Of a stretch of DNA of 64,000 nucleotides, positions 20,399-29,436 are shown piece after piece. A program made the position numbers and the translations under genes. The stretch covers positions 288,001 to 352,000 of the forward strand of contig JBNGBT010000001.1 in the NCBI GenBank assembly GCA_049903315.1, read 5' to 3'. The notes beneath the pieces are model-generated. The model ran no database searches. It worked only from the letters and a program-made list of their open reading frames with translations, and was not told where the DNA came from. Origin of the DNA: Candidatus Cloacimonadota bacterium (GTDB taxonomy: Bacteria > Cloacimonadota > Cloacimonadia > JGIOTU-2). Each line of letters begins with the position of its first letter. Within the stretch, counting starts at the first letter, position 1.

Positions 20399-21085
20399 CT
20401 AAAAAGCATATCCGAATTTTAATAATTCAACGCAATAAATGATTTCGCTATCATTGTCATACAGAACTTCACTCAGGAATTTATTATTTTCTCCAATGAA
20501 ATATTTGCCGATGCTCAGACTCGTACCCCAATAAAATCCGGAATATGAAAAGATCCGGTACCCGATACTGATGCCCACTCCTACTTTATTTTCAGAAGTT
20601 TTCTTTTGGTCTTTTATCCAGCCCTCTCCTTCATAACCGTACAGATTTGCATAGCGCACGAAGGCACCGATATAGAACTTATTAAGAGAATTTCCAAGAA
20701 ATTTTCTGTAATGACAATCCAGTAATATTTGCCTTAGCGATTGATCTTCTTGGATATCCTCGTGCCAGTCGATCTTTGGGAGGGAGTAAAAGAAAGGGAA
20801 GGCGATCTCTACTTTTTTCTTGGGGTAGAAAAGGGAGAAGGTTCCGCTCAAAGAGTGATTAAGATAGTCAACATCGCTTCCGAAAAAGAGTAATCTGAGA
20901 AAATTGAACTCAACTCCGTATTTCTTATTTTCGAGTGGTTGATCCTTCACATCCTTGTACATCTTTTTCTGAGTCACATAGATGGAATCGATCTTTTCAT
21001 CGGTTGTCATTTGTGAAAGATTCTCAGCATATAAAGAAGTAAAAAATAATACGCTCAACACTATAATCAGTAGTTTTTTCATCAC
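20399..21085 (-). CDS. Outer-membrane beta-barrel-like exported protein
   Basis: Signal peptide, alternating strands, C-terminal KFGYAF. Confidence 0.65.
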   Translation of the reverse strand: MMKKLLIIVLSVLFFTSLYAENLSQMTTDEKIDSIYVTQKKMYKDVKDQPLENKKYGVEFNFLRLLFFGSDVDYLNHSLSGTFSLFYPKKKVEIAFPFFYSLPKIDWHEDIQEDQSLRQILLDCHYRKFLGNSLNKFYIGAFVRYANLYGYEGEGWIKDQKKTSENKVGVGISIGYRIFSYSGFYWGTSLSIGKYFIGENNKFLSEVLYDNDSEIIYCVELLKFGYAF

Positions 21086-21104
21086 ACACTCCTCGTATTT
21101 GTAT

Positions 21105-22370
21105 TTATTCCTTTAAGTAATCTGCATAATGCTCCTGTACGTTCTGCGCGATTTCATTCAGGCGCACATCGATAGTAATGCCGTTCTGTTGTAAGGTTTT
21201 CCACACCACATCCATTGCATCTTCCTTAGAAAGCCCGATCGATTCTGCGATACTCATAAGCACTTCTTTCTCGGTTTTTGTGAATTTTCCATCCGAGAGT
21301 GAGATGAGAGTCAGAAAATGGAGTGTGTAGTATCTGTCGAGGTCTGTAGCATGCTGCTTGATATATTTCTCAGAGGTTTCCAGCTGCTTGAGAGCTTTGT
21401 CTTTATCGTATATGATTTCTTGCTCAGGATCATCTGTAAAGACGTCAGCGAGTATTTTTACCAGGCTTTTTATCTCTTCTAGGTTGATCTCCTTATCGGC
21501 AGCGATCATGGAAATACCACCTGCAGCAACGAGCTTCATCATCATCTCTTTGACTTTTGTGCGCGGGTAGAACTTAGTTAATGAGAGCAGTTCATCAGTC
21601 TTTGCGTGAAGTTCTTCGTCGGTGAGTTTACCGGTCTTTTTGAAAAGCTTCGATTCTGAGAAGAGTTCGACTGCTTTCAGGCGGACAGGGAGGAGTGGAT
21701 GGCTCGAGGTGCTTAGCTCCGCCATATATTCTGATTTTGCAAGATCATCAAGCTGCTTCATGAGCTCCGGAAGATTGAAGTTGAGATTTTTCTCAGTCAG
21801 TCCATAGGTTATTTTAAGTAGACTTTGTACCGCAACTTCATATTTCTTACATGCTGCGAGTCCGACCCGATCACAGCTGATTTCAGCTTTTTTCTGCCAG
21901 GTGAGGAATTTCTTTTCTGCCAGTATCGGTAAAAAGGTAGTGCTTTGTTTGTCTGGATTATATAATAGAAGCAACTTATTGTGATCATAAATAATATGAC
22001 CGAGTTCATGACCCAGCACGAATTTTATCTCCGCATCATCAAAATTTTCAAGAAGAGCAGAAGTGAAAACCACACTGATAAGATTTTTCTGTTTGAAGGC
22101 AAAAGCATTATATGTGTTATCACGCAGAGCGAAGAATTCGATCTTTTGCTTGAGACCAAAATCAGTTTTAACTGATTCGATTATTTTGTAAATGCGCGGT
22201 GAGATTGTCGGGGTGAGACGAACAGAGTCAGCAAGAAGTTTATCACGAAAGGTGATATGTTCTTTGAGTATCTCCTCGTGAGATTTGATGATCTGCTGAA
22301 CTTTGTACACATCAAAAAGCTCTTTCGTGTCCTCAATATCGCCCTTATAACGGATCTTTTTAACGTTCAT
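21105..22370 (-). CDS. M48 family zinc metallopeptidase with C-terminal TerB-like domain
   Basis: YNAFA, VLGHELGH (HExxH), EISCDR, SSHP..PVR; AADKEINLEE and SDGKFTKTEKEVL..IAESIGL. Confidence 0.8.
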   Translation of the reverse strand: MNVKKIRYKGDIEDTKELFDVYKVQQIIKSHEEILKEHITFRDKLLADSVRLTPTISPRIYKIIESVKTDFGLKQKIEFFALRDNTYNAFAFKQKNLISVVFTSALLENFDDAEIKFVLGHELGHIIYDHNKLLLLYNPDKQSTTFLPILAEKKFLTWQKKAEISCDRVGLAACKKYEVAVQSLLKITYGLTEKNLNFNLPELMKQLDDLAKSEYMAELSTSSHPLLPVRLKAVELFSESKLFKKTGKLTDEELHAKTDELLSLTKFYPRTKVKEMMMKLVAAGGISMIAADKEINLEEIKSLVKILADVFTDDPEQEIIYDKDKALKQLETSEKYIKQHATDLDRYYTLHFLTLISLSDGKFTKTEKEVLMSIAESIGLSKEDAMDVVWKTLQQNGITIDVRLNEIAQNVQEHYADYLKE

Positions 22371-22415
22371 GAACCCTCCGAAGGGTTTGAGAGTTTGATA
22401 AAATATTTATATGAA

Positions 22416-24095
22416 CTATTTAGATGATATTTCTTTCTGTTTAGCGTTAAATTTCTTGATCACATCAGAATGAACAGCTTCAGGAGTCAGGACCCAGCGA
22501 TTATCAACCTTTCCGTTTACTACTTCCCGTCTGCGGAAATAGTTTGCAAGCGCATCCCTTAATACAATATATTCATAGGTGATTTGTTTTTCAGGAATTT
22601 CTGTTAGCAAAGTAAGCCCTGAGTTTCCCTGCATGAGAAAGTCAACTGTAGCAACATTATATATCTTGTCGGGATCCCATGGCTCTCCACCAATAGAAAG
22701 GTTTGTCACGCGCTGGAAATCAGGATATTCTTTGCTATATTCCACTTCGCCGCCTGCGACGCGCAGTCCGTGACGACCTCCGGCAATTCGCACTTCCAGT
22801 ATTTCCTTAAGTTTTGCACCATTGATAGACATTGTGACAACTTCACTATCAAAGGGTAGCACATCAAAAACATCCCTGTAGGAGACTGGTCCTTCTTTAA
22901 TGTCATCACGCACACCACCGAGATTTAAGAATGCGAAGTCAGCATCTGTCTCTTCGAGCATGGCATCCATGACAAGATTTCCTATAATACTCTGCGCTGA
23001 ACCATCTCTGGAAAGATGCATGCCGGCCATACCAACAATCTCATCCATACCTGCTTCTGCAACTGCCTGCATAGAGTCGATCTTCTCTTTATACCATGGA
23101 TCAGGGATGAATTCTTCTGAAAAAAGTGCAAGTAGATCCCCATCAATATATGCAGGTAGCTCATAACCGGTAAGAGTTTTTGTGTCCGTATCAATTGTAA
23201 GAATAAGATGTCCAATATTTGAGCCATAGCCATAATTCTGCGTGATAAGCGTATGATTTTCCGGTTCTTCCCAGGGAATATTGTATCCTTTATGAATGTG
23301 TCCGGCAACGAAAACATCAATGCCCGGCACTTTATACGCGACGTGCATTGCATTATCCGGCCATCGTCGATCCTCATCATTTATATGACCTTCAACAATA
23401 TCATATTGATAAGCAGGTTCTACATCGTAGGGTATGCCCATGTGTCCGAGCACGAAGATAAGATCAGCACCTTGTTCTTTTACTTCTTTTATATACTTCT
23501 CAACTGTTTCTGCAACATCAACGAATTGTAAGCCTTTGATGTTTTCAGGGAAGCTCATGTATGGAGTATCAAGTGTGCTGACACCGATAATCGCAATATC
23601 GATACCTTTGATATTTTTAATAATGTAGGGAAGACAACCCGGAACAAGTTCGCCGGTCTCTTCAACAATGATATTGGCACATACAATTGGGAATTTGGCG
23701 AGAGAAATCGTTTTCAGAAGTGTGTCAAAGCCAAGATCAAATTCATGGTTTCCAAGCGTCATTGCTTCATAACCGATCCAGTTCATATAGTTTATTACAG
23801 CCACACCTTCCGACATCGTACCGATAGGATGCCCCTGGAAAAAGTCACCAGCATCGAGCAGAAGCACTGCTTCGCCATTTTCTTCCGCACGTTCCCGAAC
23901 GGATTCAATATATGTGGCAGCAGATGCACCGCCACCAAGCGGAGGTGGGAAATCCGGATTCATAAAAGTCGCAAGAACTGCATCTATTCCGCCGTGTACG
24001 TCATTCGAAAAAAGAAGATTCAGCTTGATTTCTTCAGCATTGAGAACGCTCAAGCAAAACAAACCGATCAATAAGATAAAAAATATTTTCTTCAT
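22416..24095 (-). CDS. Exported 5'-nucleotidase / metallophosphoesterase (UshA-like)
   Basis: Signal peptide; SNDVHG, LLDAGDFFQG, LGNHEFD, GHMG, AGHIH; C-terminal NLGGVRD. Confidence 0.92.
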   Translation of the reverse strand: MKKIFFILLIGLFCLSVLNAEEIKLNLLFSNDVHGGIDAVLATFMNPDFPPPLGGGASAATYIESVRERAEENGEAVLLLDAGDFFQGHPIGTMSEGVAVINYMNWIGYEAMTLGNHEFDLGFDTLLKTISLAKFPIVCANIIVEETGELVPGCLPYIIKNIKGIDIAIIGVSTLDTPYMSFPENIKGLQFVDVAETVEKYIKEVKEQGADLIFVLGHMGIPYDVEPAYQYDIVEGHINDEDRRWPDNAMHVAYKVPGIDVFVAGHIHKGYNIPWEEPENHTLITQNYGYGSNIGHLILTIDTDTKTLTGYELPAYIDGDLLALFSEEFIPDPWYKEKIDSMQAVAEAGMDEIVGMAGMHLSRDGSAQSIIGNLVMDAMLEETDADFAFLNLGGVRDDIKEGPVSYRDVFDVLPFDSEVVTMSINGAKLKEILEVRIAGGRHGLRVAGGEVEYSKEYPDFQRVTNLSIGGEPWDPDKIYNVATVDFLMQGNSGLTLLTEIPEKQITYEYIVLRDALANYFRRREVVNGKVDNRWVLTPEAVHSDVIKKFNAKQKEISSK

Positions 24096-24114
24096 AAAAA
24101 ACCTTTAAATATAC

Positions 24115-25434
24115 TTAAAATCTCCATGTCAGGGTTGCCATGAAGTTGATCATTACATCATCAATTTTATCTAGATTAATCCTGTTAACAGGCAGGTCTG
24201 CGTGAGTGGTATCCCAGAGGTTGTCATTGGCATAATAACTGTCCGGGAACAGGTCTGCATGATTGTAATTGAGTTTGCCGATTTCAGCTCCAAGGTCTAA
24301 CATCAAATTATAAGGGAGAGAGATGCTCGTTCCTGCAGAGAAAGCAGTCATTATTATTTCTTTATCAATGCCATAGGGCTGGTAACGGAATCCCAGGCGG
24401 ATCGGTTGGTCGGTAAATATTTGGTGCTCAACACCCGCATAGTACTCTATTACATCATACCAAAGCGGATTGTAATCACTCCATTTCACATAAGATATCT
24501 CAAATGAGAAGTGGGTATCCCAGATATTTCTCGGGTGATATTCGAATCCAAATCCCATTCGCGAAGGATAGTAGATTGTTGTATCTGTCCATGCAGTATC
24601 AGCATTCGTTTTAAATGACTGATCTAATTCCGCTCTGCTTGTGTAGTTCATACCTATTTTAAAACGTTCACCCAGAGCAAGAAGCATACCTGTCTGGAAC
24701 CTGTAGCCCGAATAATCATTTTTTCTTTGAAAGATGACGTCTGGAATACTGTCCGGGTCATAGAGCATGCGGTCTTTTGCCCATGGCGTGAAAATGATGG
24801 TTGAATCTATCGTGTTATCACCTTTCATTAAGGAGAAGGAAGCACCGAGAGAAAGTGAGTTGAAGAAGCTGTTTTCGTTTTCAAAAGTTACTGCTATAGA
24901 AGGTGTATGAGCATAAATCATTCCGCTTCCGTCATAGGTATTTGTCGCAATCTTGTGGGGCTCGTTACCGTAATCGGTTCCCTCGTTGTTGCGTACTTCC
25001 TCAGTATATTTGAAATTGAAATCATAGAAAGGCGCATAGGAGTATGCAGCAGATACTTTGAACTGTTGAATTGGTACATTGTACATCAAACCCAGCATGT
25101 ATTTACTGAAGAAATGAGCATTTGATGCGTACACCGCATCATCGATATAGGAATCAAAGGAATCAAAAATGGGGAATGCCCGATTTTCATTATTTTTTTG
25201 CACATTTGGTGAAAGCTGCACCATAAATTTACAAGGCAGGTTGCCCAGAAGTGCAGGATTCTTGAGTGCTGCAAGTGGTCCGTACCCGGTTGCAAGACCT
25301 GTGGAACCCATTGCAAGAGAGTGAGCTGAATATGCAACGACCTCTTGTCCGAGATAACGGTCAAACACAAATGCGGCATGGGCAGGAATTGCCAGCAAGA
25401 GCAGCATTAAGATTCCAAACATTACTTTTTTCAT
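24115..25434 (-). CDS. Outer-membrane beta-barrel, FadL/PorV-like
   Basis: Signal peptide; SAHSLAMGS..KNPALLG motif; terminal Phe (TWRF). Confidence 0.7.
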   Translation of the reverse strand: MKKVMFGILMLLLLAIPAHAAFVFDRYLGQEVVAYSAHSLAMGSTGLATGYGPLAALKNPALLGNLPCKFMVQLSPNVQKNNENRAFPIFDSFDSYIDDAVYASNAHFFSKYMLGLMYNVPIQQFKVSAAYSYAPFYDFNFKYTEEVRNNEGTDYGNEPHKIATNTYDGSGMIYAHTPSIAVTFENENSFFNSLSLGASFSLMKGDNTIDSTIIFTPWAKDRMLYDPDSIPDVIFQRKNDYSGYRFQTGMLLALGERFKIGMNYTSRAELDQSFKTNADTAWTDTTIYYPSRMGFGFEYHPRNIWDTHFSFEISYVKWSDYNPLWYDVIEYYAGVEHQIFTDQPIRLGFRYQPYGIDKEIIMTAFSAGTSISLPYNLMLDLGAEIGKLNYNHADLFPDSYYANDNLWDTTHADLPVNRINLDKIDDVMINFMATLTWRF

Positions 25435-25500
25435 GTATCCTCCGAAAATTATAACTTTATATAGAAATTATTAACATATTTTTTTCATTATATTTTTTTT

Positions 25501-25575
25501 TGCCACAAAGACTCAAAGGCACCAAGAGACACCAAATTTATATTTATAACTTTGTGTTTTAGTGACTTAGTGGCA
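25501..25575. repeat. Inverted array of degenerate ~9-bp units (TGCCAC...GTGGCA)
   Basis: tgccacaaagactcaaaggcaccaagagacaccaaa ... tttgtgttttagtgacttagtggca. Confidence 0.55.
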
Positions 25576-25607
25576 TACATTCTTTTCATTTTCATTTTAT
25601 ATATTTT

Positions 25608-28211
25608 CTAAAACGTCCAATCGAGCTGCAGCCTGATGGAGCTGTCTTTGTGCTTTGTTTGAGCAACATAATCGTTTCCAAAAACAGGTTCATTATAGAG
25701 ACGAAGATAGAGTTCGTCATCCTGATAATGTTTGACCTTATATTTAAAAGAAATTGCCAAACTGTTTGAGATTCGATTGTACATTGTAAACCAGAATTTC
25801 ATTCCCTGGCTGCCCATAAAATCGATTTCCATATCTTCCCAATCCCAGTGGCTTACACCATGCCCGTTCCAGAAAAGGAAGGAACCTTCCACGCTGAAAT
25901 AATTAGTGAAATTGTGTAAGTAGTTCACGCAGATCATGTCTCCATGATTGAGTACATCGGCTGTTGGGAGAATATTGATTTGCCCTGGTTCGGCAGTATT
26001 AGTGAGACTTGTATAAGGCGCCATCCACACTTTAGTGTAGCGGTATTCGAGATCAAGTCTGTCACGGTTGGTAAGATATGTTCTGAACATACAGGTTGTT
26101 TCACTGGTTTTCGAGACTGCGCGTGTGAAGAAATCTTCTGAGCCGTTAGTTTGTAATTTTTGCTTCAGACGCATAGCAATCTGATAAATTGGTCTGTACT
26201 CAAGTTCACCCTGAAAACGCACACTCTTTCTTCCATCACATTTGCGTTCCCATATATCGACATATGCCTTAGTAATAGTAAGCTCGCGCTGGAATTTGTA
26301 TCGTGTCTCTATATACAAACCTCTTTCGGCTTGTGACCACGGAGAATTATAGGACATTTCTGCGACAAGAGGATTCTTCAAGTAATACTGTTTCTCAAGG
26401 ATCGTACCGTCAAAACGTTCATGCTCAGCAAAGGGGCGTGCATAAGGATTATCAAATTCAAGATCATAGTCGCGGTAGAGCATCATGAAATTGAGATTTG
26501 CATAGTTGAAAAATGCACTCATAACCAATGCGCCCGGATCATCACCAATGGAAAATGGCTTCCCATCGACTTCGAGTTCTGCATACTCTCCTTGGAAAGT
26601 TACATTATCAAGAGTAGTCTGCCAGTCAAAACCATATACCCTTCGATAATTTCTTTTGTATGTGTCTGTTTTAGTTGAGTATAAAGAAGAAATCTCCGAG
26701 TCATTTATATCCAATTTCTTGTAATAATAGCTGTCATATATGAGATATTCACCGAGGTCGGCATAGTCTGCAATGCTGAAGTAACGATCATATTTTGACT
26801 CATATGCTGTAACACCGAAATGAGTACCGATGAGCGGATCGAACTGCACATGTCCACCCACCATTGTTTCACGAAGGGCATCTCTTCTTGAAGCCATGTC
26901 GATCTTGGGAAGAGGATAAGGAGAAAGAAGCGGACGGTATTCGTTGAATACAGCTTCTGCGCTTTCAAGTTGCTCATTTGTGAAACGAGGAGTGGAAACA
27001 ACATAATAGAAAATATCATCATCGCTATCCAGCTTGTCATCATGATTGCTGTCCCAGATGACTACATCTTTCTTATCATCAGAAATAAAGAGCGATGCAT
27101 TCATAAAGCTGTTTCCATACTCTACTGCTGCGCCTTTGAGTGCGAATTCCTCAGTGGGAGAGAGATCCGGGAAAATTCCGTGAACGCGTTTTGAAAAGCC
27201 ATATCCTGTTCTGCGTGATTCGAACATGTCGGTATTTTCCATTACGAGACCCTCACCCCAGGTCGCCCTGTAATTTCCAAGTACAACTTTAAGATTTGCA
27301 GGTTTCAGATTGATACTTGCCGTATATTTTGAGTTCTCAGCGAGTGCTTCGGAAAGCTGGTTATTTTCCTGGAACATGTTCAGATCTCTTTCCTCACCCT
27401 TTTTGAAAAAGAGCAATGCACCGACTTCGAGATTGAACCAGTCTTCCATTTTTGCTCTGAATTTATGAGAAATCTCAGGAGCAGCATTATCCAGGTCGTA
27501 CATACCCCACATGGAAAATTTTTCATTAAGACTGTCTGGCACATAACTTTCACGTAGCACTTCTGTCATCTCTTCCGAAAAAGGATTATTATTGAATTTG
27601 AAGCGGTAGCTGAAATTCCATTTGCCTTCGAGTTCCGGTGGTTGATAGGATACATAGTGACGAAGATTGGTAGCTCCGTAGTGAGTAAGTCCCGGAGCGC
27701 TTCTCATTCCTCTGTAATCCTGAAAATCACCAAATTTTCTCTGACGAAGGAGAGCTCGTACATCTGAAGGACCAACGATCGGCATGTTCAGCAGATCTTG
27801 ATATGTTGCAGTATTGATATTGACGGGTGACATGAGCATGTCTTCCCACAAATCGGAAACTGCTTCGGAAGATCCTTCATCTAGCGCAAGCCGTCTGAGA
27901 AGATAATATATCTGATCTTTTCGCTGTGCCCGTTCATCATATACGCCATAGGGCACAATCTTTAAGAGAGGCTTGAGGTTCAAAAATGTGTCCTGATCAA
28001 TACTGTCTATATTAAGCAGGTCATATACAGATTGGAAAAAGTTTATGTAATTTCTGTAATAATAGATATCTTCCGCTTGCTGAGGAGTGATGGGGAGTGC
28101 TTGTATCTGCTGGTATGTTGCTTTGTTGAGGTCTAATTGATCGGAACTTGCAGAGAGTGTTCCTGCAACGAGAACAAACAATAAACTAAAAATCAATGTT
28201 ACTTTTTGCAT
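25608..28211 (-). CDS. ComEA-like helix-hairpin-helix domains fused to a large outer-membrane beta-barrel
   Basis: Signal peptide; LDLNKATYQQIQALP and VNINTATYQDLLNMPIVG (two HhH units); LGNYRATWGEGLV; terminal LQLDWTF. Confidence 0.8.
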   Translation of the reverse strand: MQKVTLIFSLLFVLVAGTLSASSDQLDLNKATYQQIQALPITPQQAEDIYYYRNYINFFQSVYDLLNIDSIDQDTFLNLKPLLKIVPYGVYDERAQRKDQIYYLLRRLALDEGSSEAVSDLWEDMLMSPVNINTATYQDLLNMPIVGPSDVRALLRQRKFGDFQDYRGMRSAPGLTHYGATNLRHYVSYQPPELEGKWNFSYRFKFNNNPFSEEMTEVLRESYVPDSLNEKFSMWGMYDLDNAAPEISHKFRAKMEDWFNLEVGALLFFKKGEERDLNMFQENNQLSEALAENSKYTASINLKPANLKVVLGNYRATWGEGLVMENTDMFESRRTGYGFSKRVHGIFPDLSPTEEFALKGAAVEYGNSFMNASLFISDDKKDVVIWDSNHDDKLDSDDDIFYYVVSTPRFTNEQLESAEAVFNEYRPLLSPYPLPKIDMASRRDALRETMVGGHVQFDPLIGTHFGVTAYESKYDRYFSIADYADLGEYLIYDSYYYKKLDINDSEISSLYSTKTDTYKRNYRRVYGFDWQTTLDNVTFQGEYAELEVDGKPFSIGDDPGALVMSAFFNYANLNFMMLYRDYDLEFDNPYARPFAEHERFDGTILEKQYYLKNPLVAEMSYNSPWSQAERGLYIETRYKFQRELTITKAYVDIWERKCDGRKSVRFQGELEYRPIYQIAMRLKQKLQTNGSEDFFTRAVSKTSETTCMFRTYLTNRDRLDLEYRYTKVWMAPYTSLTNTAEPGQINILPTADVLNHGDMICVNYLHNFTNYFSVEGSFLFWNGHGVSHWDWEDMEIDFMGSQGMKFWFTMYNRISNSLAISFKYKVKHYQDDELYLRLYNEPVFGNDYVAQTKHKDSSIRLQLDWTF

Positions 28212-28212
28212 A

Positions 28213-28515
28213 TTAACCCAATTTTATTAATAGAATAAGTTCGATGATCACACAGCAAAGGAGCACCACCGCAAAGAGATTGAGCCAGAAAATGCGTACT
28301 GTGAGCTTCTCGATCTTATTTTTTAAATCATGAATATCATTAAAAACTTTCTTCTCTATCACATCGTATTTCTGGGAGAGTTCTTTGTAACCCCTGTTAC
28401 TGAACTTGTTTTCCCAGTCTTTCACCACATGATTGAGGAAGTTGAAAATGAGCTTTATAAAACTTTTTATTATGAAAGAAGTGTTGCCCTTTTCGTCACG
28501 TTCATTTGCTTTCAT
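28213..28515 (-). CDS. Small protein with coiled coil and C-terminal TM
   Basis: 100-aa ORF, RBS GAGG, stop 1 nt before the next start. Confidence 0.6.
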   Translation of the reverse strand: MKANERDEKGNTSFIIKSFIKLIFNFLNHVVKDWENKFSNRGYKELSQKYDVIEKKVFNDIHDLKNKIEKLTVRIFWLNLFAVVLLCCVIIELILLIKLG

Positions 28516-28539
28516 AGATACCTCATTATAATGAAATTA

Positions 28540-29415
28540 TTAAAATTGATAGCCAAGAGAAAACTGATGAGTGAGCGGAAGAACGGGATGGGAGCTGAAA
28601 CCATAATCGATCTTAACACCTTTGAAAAGCATGCCGAATCCGCCGGAGATACTATTCGGGTAGGTGGATGCACCGGTTCGAAGCCAGAATTTATCCATCA
28701 CTTCAAATTCGATACCTGCTTGTATCTTCGTTTCTTCTCCAAGTTTTTGTGAGAGATCGATTTCTGTGATCACACCATCATATGGTTCGTAGGCAATACC
28801 GAGAGCAAGATGCTGAGGAAGGTCAAATGTTTGGTCTGAACCCATCGAAGGATTGTTCAGATTCTTCACTGCAAAAGCGATATGAGTGCGCTGATGGAGT
28901 ATTGCAAGTGCTCCAAGATTGACACCGTACGTTGTTGAATTACCCGGATCTATGCCGCCGACTGTTTCGCCGAACTTCAGGTAGTAGAGATTCAGTCCAT
29001 AACCTACATAAAGCTGCGAATGCACATCTCCCATAAGAAGAAAAGAGTGGGCGAGAGAATATGTTCCTTCCTGTTGAAGTTTTTGCCCTTCAAATTCGAC
29101 GTCCATTGCCTGCATTCCAAGAGATATCGTTCCAATCCTTGGTAATCTGTATGCAAGTGCGCCGGACATGAGAATCTCAAAGCTGTTATTGAACAGTTGA
29201 GCATAGCCCAGAGAAATTCCCTGTTCTGCATATGCGAGTGCTCCGGGATTGTAGAAAATGGCATTCGGGTCGTTACAACTTGCAACGAAAGCCCCACTCA
29301 TACCTCTGGCTCGTGCAGAGGGCTGGTAGTTGCCGAATACATTGGAATTTATCTCCGCATAGATTATTGGAGTGGTCAGAAGGATTATAATTACTATGAA
29401 ACCTAATTTTTTCAT
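28540..29415 (-). CDS. PorV/PorQ-family T9SS-associated outer-membrane protein
   Basis: SARARGMSGAFVASCNDPNAIFYNPGAL; IDYGFSSHPVLPLTHQFSLGYQF. Confidence 0.8.
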   Translation of the reverse strand: MKKLGFIVIIILLTTPIIYAEINSNVFGNYQPSARARGMSGAFVASCNDPNAIFYNPGALAYAEQGISLGYAQLFNNSFEILMSGALAYRLPRIGTISLGMQAMDVEFEGQKLQQEGTYSLAHSFLLMGDVHSQLYVGYGLNLYYLKFGETVGGIDPGNSTTYGVNLGALAILHQRTHIAFAVKNLNNPSMGSDQTFDLPQHLALGIAYEPYDGVITEIDLSQKLGEETKIQAGIEFEVMDKFWLRTGASTYPNSISGGFGMLFKGVKIDYGFSSHPVLPLTHQFSLGYQF

Positions 29416-29436
29416 TGGTATCCTTTCATCAAAAAT

